Origin: Schizochytrium sp. TIO01
Taxonomy: Eukaryota > Protista > Bigyra: Labyrinthulomycetes
NCBI GenBank assembly: GCA_004764695.1
Contig: SMSO01000035.1
Coordinates: forward strand, 2,232,001-2,296,000
DNA length: 64,000 nt
Direction: 5' to 3'
A program made the position numbers and the translations under genes. Below, one piece after another: positions 57,980 through 64,000 of this stretch. Each line of letters begins with the position of its first letter. The first letter of the stretch is position 1. Under the pieces are notes generated by a model. It ran no database searches, was not told where the DNA came from, and saw only the letters and a program-made list of their open reading frames with translations.

Positions 57980-60110
57980 TGCCGTGGATGGTAATGGGCT
58001 CCGTGACGAAGGAAGACTCAGTTGAAGACGTTGAATTTCTTTCTTGCACAGGTTTGTGTGGGCCCGCGCTCTGCAAAGTAGTAGGACAAGGTGAAGACTG
58101 GTAGCTAGCTAGCTGCCTACACTTCACGGCGCTCCAATCTGGCTGCTCAAAAAGCAAATCCTGTCAAATGTTATTTTTACTCAAACTCAAAGCATATCAT
58201 ACCGTATCAACCGATCATGAATGGGGTACGGGGTGCATATCTACGCTCTAGAAGCAGTTGAGGATTTTTGACGCAATGGAATGGTGGACACCTACCTTGC
58301 TCCGCTGCAAGCTTTAGTTGCGACGGCAGAACTTGATCCAACCTGAACTACGCAGGAAGGTACTAGCGATATCGAGGATCGGAGACTCTTCACTTCGAAT
58401 GACTTGTGAAGAAGTTCTACCGGTAGTAGTCTTCTCGCGTCCACACAAAATAGTGCTCATACGAGCCCTACTACACTTAACTATACCAGGCCATGCAGAG
58501 CTGAAACCAGGGGGACAATATGACGATCATAGGAAGCGATTGCTGAGCTTAGTGTATCTACGAATTATCGTATTGATATTAACAAGCTCCGAATCCATTC
58601 ATGGACACAACTCGAAGCAGCGGCCTTACAAATAAAGTTGCCTCTAGAGCAAGCAAAGGTTGATGAGAATAGTGGGAATAACCAGTCAATCCTTACACGA
58701 GTTGGACTAGCCACTCCAGGATAGAAATTACAACGATGATTTAGTAGGTATACCATACCTACTCTTGGGATCGACTATTCTGCGTCTACGGGGGCGGATC
58801 TTTTGAGATCAGACTTTGGAAATGAAGATAGAGTCAGCCGCTCGAAGGAGTAAATTCTGTCACACGTCTTTTCGGTCTGAGATAAGTTTGTGTGATGTGG
58901 AGTTTCATATAAAATCCATCTCAGGACGTCTCGTGATAACTTCTCATGCCTTCGCCTTGGACCGAGTTGTTCTATCCCTTTGCACCATGTTCGGCTAATC
59001 TTGCGGACTTCTTTGCATACGCAAAGACCTTTCTTCACCTGTAGAAAACTAGGTCAAGTCGAGGGTGTTGTACTGTTGAGCGCGATAAAGGCATAGAGGA
59101 AGAAACGAGATTCCCGAATCTTGACCTTTCAAGATAGCACCACCGATCGACTTTCTTTGATCATACAAGGATGAGACTATTTGAGGCAGAAAAGCTTGGC
59201 AAACTCTAGGGCCGGCCAAGCCCTAAAGCGGTCGTGTTTCTGTAAATAAGTCGCGAAGAGTTAGAAAGTACGTGTTAACGCAGCATCCCGAAGGAATTAA
59301 TAATACGAGGCGTCCCGGTGGATTGTCTCGCAATCATGCAAGCAGTCGGTTTGAGATTCGTTCGGAAAGGTCAGCAATGTCGAATTTTGGATGTACGACT
59401 GCCTGCAAGGCCTTGTTTACACTCGAAGCAAAGCCTAATAATCTAATCTATAAGGTATATGTAAATCTATGTTACTCTTGCTAACCAAAATTTGGGTGAG
59501 ATGTAAAGTATTAGCAACGAATGATGTCTAGTTCCTACTTATATGAGCAAAGAAGTTTGCTCAGATAAACCCACGTCATCAATTTTCTGCGAACCTTTCG
59601 TCTGTTTGCATAATCCCGACCAAAAAACGCTTTTAAAATTCTTTGTATTTTCATGTTAAACTTTATTCAAATTCGTGCTGGATTGAGTCATCATTGCGTC
59701 TGAAGTATTCATCGTTGTAGAATGCAGCGTTGTTGGAATGTCTAAACAAAGTGTTTTCTTGGTTACAGTTTGAGATCAGACCTTCGAAGCGCAATTGGCG
59801 GAGCATTTTCAACGTAAAATTTATCAGGAAAATAGTGTGGTGAAATAAAGATTGGTGCTCGAGAAGAAGAAAGAGTGCAGCGTCCTTAGATTAGGCATTT
59901 ACATTCACCTAACCTCTCCTCAACCGCCTTCCCCAACATACAGAGGGTACTGAGGAAAGTTGCCAGAAGTGCTTACATCTTGAAGACAAGTGTTCGAAGC
60001 GTATTCAGAGATCTTAGGTTAATAGAAGCATCAGATACTCGGCGAACAAAGGTACTAGGAATACTTCTTGCCCGCATGTAGAGATCTACAGGCTTAACAA
60101 ACTTTGAGGC
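57980..60110 (+). pseudogene. Decayed RI-type LRR gene relic (largest in window)
   Basis: Colinear fragments DGNGLRDEG (57987), SRIGDSSLRMTCEEVL (58372), QSLHELD* (58687), LADFFAYAKTFLHL* (59000), GQVEGVVLLSAIKA (59052), FPNLDLSR* (59111), YQENSVVK (59822) and KIGARE (59848). Confidence 0.5.
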
Positions 60111-61073
60111 AGGCCTCCATCATCGTGTCATGTCAAATTCATCACAGACAATATAAAATCTGAGTCAGTCGACTTGAAGAACGGCCTCTTATGCCTCGCA
60201 GCTGAGGGTGCATATGCACTATAGAGATCCCATTGCGCACACGTTCACGAATCTCATGTTAGCACGAGACCAAGACTCTACTACAGCTCAAACCCCACTC
60301 TCACGAGCCAGAGGCAATGTTTCCAAGCCTTTTCGCTTGAGCAAAAGCTGAAGCAAAAGCAACCACTGTCTCAACCGTATTCTGGAGATACCTAGCTAGG
60401 TGATCTAGCTAAGCACATTTTGCATGGAGGATAGCGCAGCCTCGCGACGCCTTCTCAGCATCACCACTGGCCGCTTGAGGTCTGTGACTGATGGATCTCG
60501 CAGGCCCCAAACTCGGAATTCTTTCCAGCGACACAGGCCAGATCCCTAAGAGTTACGTTGAGAAAGCAAACCCGGAGGCTGGCTGCCATGGGAGGTCTAG
60601 TCGGGTACATCAAATCCATGGGCCAGGCGAGGCGTGCATTTCTTTCCACTTCTCTAGGCCTCGCCGGTGTCCCAGAGGCAGTGGGTTTGCGGTGCCCTCC
60701 CTGACTGCCGTATCATTCAGGTTTTGATCATCCCCAAATTATCAGATTCCAGTCCAGCTTCAAGCTGCGTTCGAGTTCTTCAGAGGGAGGTTGGTCTTCG
60801 AGCTCTTGCGCAGCTCTGGCAGCCCTGGTGAGCGAGTAGTAGAATTCATGAATTCATGAATGAATGAATGAATGAATGATTGGAAAGCCGTGCTTCCTCA
60901 GCTGCAAGAGGTCTCCAATCCCGAGCCTGGAAATTCCAAGCGAGCTGGGTGTCTGGTGCTGTACCTCTTCTTCACATTCGCCAACAGCTCTTTCAAGTTC
61001 TTCGTTCATCGTGGTCCCAATTAGTCACCATTACGAAGAAGACCCAACAAAGCTGTACCTTCCTTCCAAACCC

Positions 61074-61074
61074 A

Positions 61075-61172
<98 letters not shown>
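61074..61172 (+). repeat. (AAAG)n microsatellite
   Basis: About 24 units with one interruption. Confidence 0.95.
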
Positions 61173-61173
<1 letters not shown>

Positions 61174-61663
61174 GAAACAAGCGTAGGGCCTTTCACCTAA
61201 GTGGCACTCTCTCGCAAGACTCCGCGCATCTAAGGCCTTTCTCAACAAACCTCGTCCACTTAACAAATGGCAATATAATACGCGTGGTCCTGTAATACAG
61301 AAAAATGCAGTAAGTTTCTCTGCGTCAAACAGCACATTACACAAGCGGATAACGCCTTTTCAGGTCCCAGGCGCGCAAGTGGGGTATAGGTGGATTGTTG
61401 ACTTGCGGCATCTTGCCCAAAGTGGAGTATAGCGCCCCGCAAGTGGGCTTTTGTGGACCAAAGTGAAGGTAGTAGCCAGTGAGCGCCTGAGGGCGCTGTA
61501 ATGTGAATTGCAAGTTTCATTCAACCAGCCGGCTGAAGCTCGGCTGTTATTTAAAAAACACCCATGAAGAAGGAAAGGCCCCCGCTCTGATCCTAAAAGC
61601 GCCTGATACCTTCGCCGCAGTGTCGCCATCGACGCGTTTAAGACCGCTTCAGAGCAATCTATC

Positions 61664-61734
61664 GATCAATCAATCAATCCATCAATCAATCAATCCATCA
61701 ATCAATCCATCAATCAATCAATCCATCAATCAAT
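61664..61734 (+). repeat. (ATCA/ATCC)n microsatellite
   Basis: ATCA array interspersed with ATCC, upstream of the b5-ACAD gene. Confidence 0.9.
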
Positions 61735-62481
61735 TCACTCAATTCACGAACGGTGTCCTATGGTTTCTCATAAGAAAGGGGTAACAGACAGAAGTGAAGT
61801 GTCTTCAGGAAGAAGCAGAAGGATCATTGCAAAATCTGACGTCAGAATTGCAAAACGGGTCTTTTTTGGGTGAGGTTGAAAGCGATTGCAATGCGGAGGG
61901 AAAGGAGGTCCCTGCGTGGATAGGTTCGCGTGCAGACAGGCAGGAGAGAAGGGTTGGGGGCTCAGGAGGCTTTTCTTAACTGGGCACCATCGCGAGTGTG
62001 CCTCGGGTTTGCAGACTGGCTTGGAAATGCTGTTTCCTGAGGATAGATTGAATTGCGATTACCTGCGCTGGGACCTACACATTACGATAGGAAGAGGGGG
62101 AGGTATGGGGTGCTAGTGGCGCGTAGGAAACGGGTAGCGAGGCCTGTGGAAGTACGGGCGGTGTAATGGGATTAGGTGATGTAATGAATTGCATTTCGAG
62201 TTGTGAAAACAGTTGATGAAATGTGGTAAACCACGATGGCGAAGTAAAGGAGATAAGGGAAGAGGCTAAGGAGGTCTGGGAACTGGGAATTGGGAATGGG
62301 TACGGGTCACCTAGGAGGGGGTAAGGCTCCTTTGAAGAAGAAGAAAAAGAAGAAGAAGAAGAAGTGCTGTAGGAGCCAGGCTTGGGCAGAACTGGAGTGA
62401 AGCAAACCCGTAACGCATTTTGGTGGAGATCGGTTTGATCGATTGGATCGTGGAGAGGAAGACCTCGGCAGCAAGAATAAA

Positions 62482-64000
62482 ATGACGACTCGCGTGGTGA
62501 CGACGAAAGAGCTGGAGCAGCACAGCAAGCCCAGCGACGCATGGTTTGTCATCAATGGTAATGTGTACGATGTGAGCAAGTTCGCAATGATGCACCCCGG
62601 TGGCGAGGAGATCTTGTATGAATATGCAGGCCAGGATGTGACCGAGACATTTTACGGACTTCACAGACAGGAAGTCCTCGAAAAGTTCGGACCTAAGCTT
62701 CTTGTTGGCCGTCTCGAAGGCGCTGAGGAGGAAAACGACGATAACCGCGTCCTTTCGCGCTCGGATCTTAGCATCCTTCCTTTCGGCGAGAACCCCGCGT
62801 TCCAAGGCTTTGCTTCACCATTCTGGAATGATTCCCATGTCCAGTTTCGCAAAACCGTCCGCAAGTGGCTCGAGGAGAATGTTCGTGAGGAAGCCGAGGC
62901 TGGCGAACTCAGCGGCAAGGCTCCGAGCGACGAGCTCTTCAAGAAGATGGGCGAGGCTGGTCTGCTGGCAGGACGAATTGGACCTGGCCCTGCGATGAAA
63001 TATGCCCCTGAAAATCTCTTTGGCGTACCCAAGGATAAGTTCGACTACTTTTACGAAATGATCCTCCATGAGGAGGTCGGCCGCCTTGCCTGCCCGGGCT
63101 TCGTCGACGGCATTGGATCTGGTATGGCTATCGGCCTCCCCCCCGTGCTTCAGTTCGGACCCTCTTGGATGAAAGAGAAAGTCGCTAAGGAAGTACTCTC
63201 TGGTGAGAAGCGCATCTGCTTGGCCATCACCGAGGCCTTTGCAGGCTCTGATGTTGCCCATGTAAAGACCCGCGCTGAGCTTTCTGCAGATGGCTCGCAC
63301 TATGTTGTCAACGGTACCAAGAAGTGGATCACCAATGGTCACGACTCCCACTACTTTACCACACTTGTTCGCACTGGCGGTGAGGGCCATGGTGGTCTCT
63401 CCTTTCTCCTCATTGAGCGCAGCGAAGGTCTTGAAACCAAGAAAATCAAGACGTCCTACTCCCCCTCTGCTGGTACTGCATACATTACCTTTGAGAATGT
63501 CAAGGTACCCAAGGAAAACCTCATTGGAGCCGAGAATATGGGCTTCTTGCTCTCCATGTACAATTTTGTGCACGAGCGCTGGATGATCTGTGCATACATC
63601 ATTGCCGGCTCCCGCGGAATGATTGATGAGTGCTTGCGCTGGACCCAGCAGCGAAAGGCCTTTGGAAAGCCTTTGATCTCCCAACCTGTTGTGCGCAAGC
63701 AGCTTGGCGAAATGATCTCTCGTGTTGAATCTGTCTCCGCATGGTGCGAAAGCGTCACCTATCGCATGTGCAATATGCCATACGCTGATATGTCCTCCAA
63801 GCTTGCTGGCCAAATCTGCCTTCTTAAATATGAGGCGACCCGCGTCGCTCACGATGTGTGTGACATGGCTGTACAAATCTTTGGTGGGCGTGGTATCACC
63901 CAAGGTGGCATGGGCAAGTACGTGGAGCGCTTTATGCGTACCTACAAGTTTGCTAGCATTCTTGGTGGCAGCGAGGATATCCTCATTGATGCAGGGCTTC
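62482..64000 (+). CDS. Cytochrome b5-domain / acyl-CoA dehydrogenase fusion (3' end runs off window)
   Basis: Manual translation: MTTRVVTTKELEQHSKPSDAWFVINGNVYDVSKFAMMHPGG...FYGLH (b5), then ICLAITEAFAGSDVA, VVNGTKKWITNG, QRKAFGKPL, AVQIFGGRG and ILGGSEDIL. Absent from the ORF track because there is no stop. Confidence 0.93.
   Translation, partial: MTTRVVTTKELEQHSKPSDAWFVINGNVYDVSKFAMMHPGGEEILYEYAGQDVTETFYGLHRQEVLEKFGPKLLVGRLEGAEEENDDNRVLSRSDLSILPFGENPAFQGFASPFWNDSHVQFRKTVRKWLEENVREEAEAGELSGKAPSDELFKKMGEAGLLAGRIGPGPAMKYAPENLFGVPKDKFDYFYEMILHEEVGRLACPGFVDGIGSGMAIGLPPVLQFGPSWMKEKVAKEVLSGEKRICLAITEAFAGSDVAHVKTRAELSADGSHYVVNGTKKWITNGHDSHYFTTLVRTGGEGHGGLSFLLIERSEGLETKKIKTSYSPSAGTAYITFENVKVPKENLIGAENMGFLLSMYNFVHERWMICAYIIAGSRGMIDECLRWTQQRKAFGKPLISQPVVRKQLGEMISRVESVSAWCESVTYRMCNMPYADMSSKLAGQICLLKYEATRVAHDVCDMAVQIFGGRGITQGGMGKYVERFMRTYKFASILGGSEDILIDAGL

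Noticed and set aside
62815-63903. 362-aa - strand ORF
   Set aside because: Antisense shadow of the b5-ACAD gene.
22770-64000. Lipid/peroxisome gene cluster (ECHDC3, PEX10, GSTK1, b5-ACAD)
   Set aside because: The genes are dispersed among unrelated genes and act in different compartments; no evidence of co-regulation.

Overview
Eukaryotic, intron-poor genomic DNA, most likely from a flagellated stramenopile such as a thraustochytrid/labyrinthulomycete. That assignment is inferred from the PSTALRE-type CDK, the CFAP70-like gene, GTGCGT/GTACGT/GTGAGT splice donors and AAAG/ATCA microsatellite-rich spacers. About 18 protein-coding genes are supported: an ankyrin-repeat protein (partial), two tandem LtrA-family membrane proteins, a frameshifted CFAP70-like gene, MoaD/MOCS2A, a PX-BAR-SH3 sorting nexin, an RCC1-repeat protein, an ECHDC3-like hydratase, PEX10, a double zinc-knuckle protein, an NCKX exchanger, an importin-13/transportin-3-like karyopherin, a large unknown protein, 4-exon SPRYD7, a GT10 fucosyltransferase, a CDK1/CDKA2, GST-kappa, PP2C and a cytochrome b5-acyl-CoA dehydrogenase fusion (partial). 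The standout is the NCKX (SLC24-type) Na+/Ca2+-K+ exchanger at 32169-34367. It carries a complete S1-S4 voltage-sensing domain (six arginines at every third residue, no pore) inside its central cytosolic loop, making it a candidate voltage-gated Ca2+ exchanger analogous to SLC9C1. Two secondary observations: many intergenic spacers translate into broken ribonuclease-inhibitor-type LRR fragments, and a decayed RT-RNase H retroelement lies at about 48.9-49.8 kb. All calls come from manual motif reading; no database search was run.
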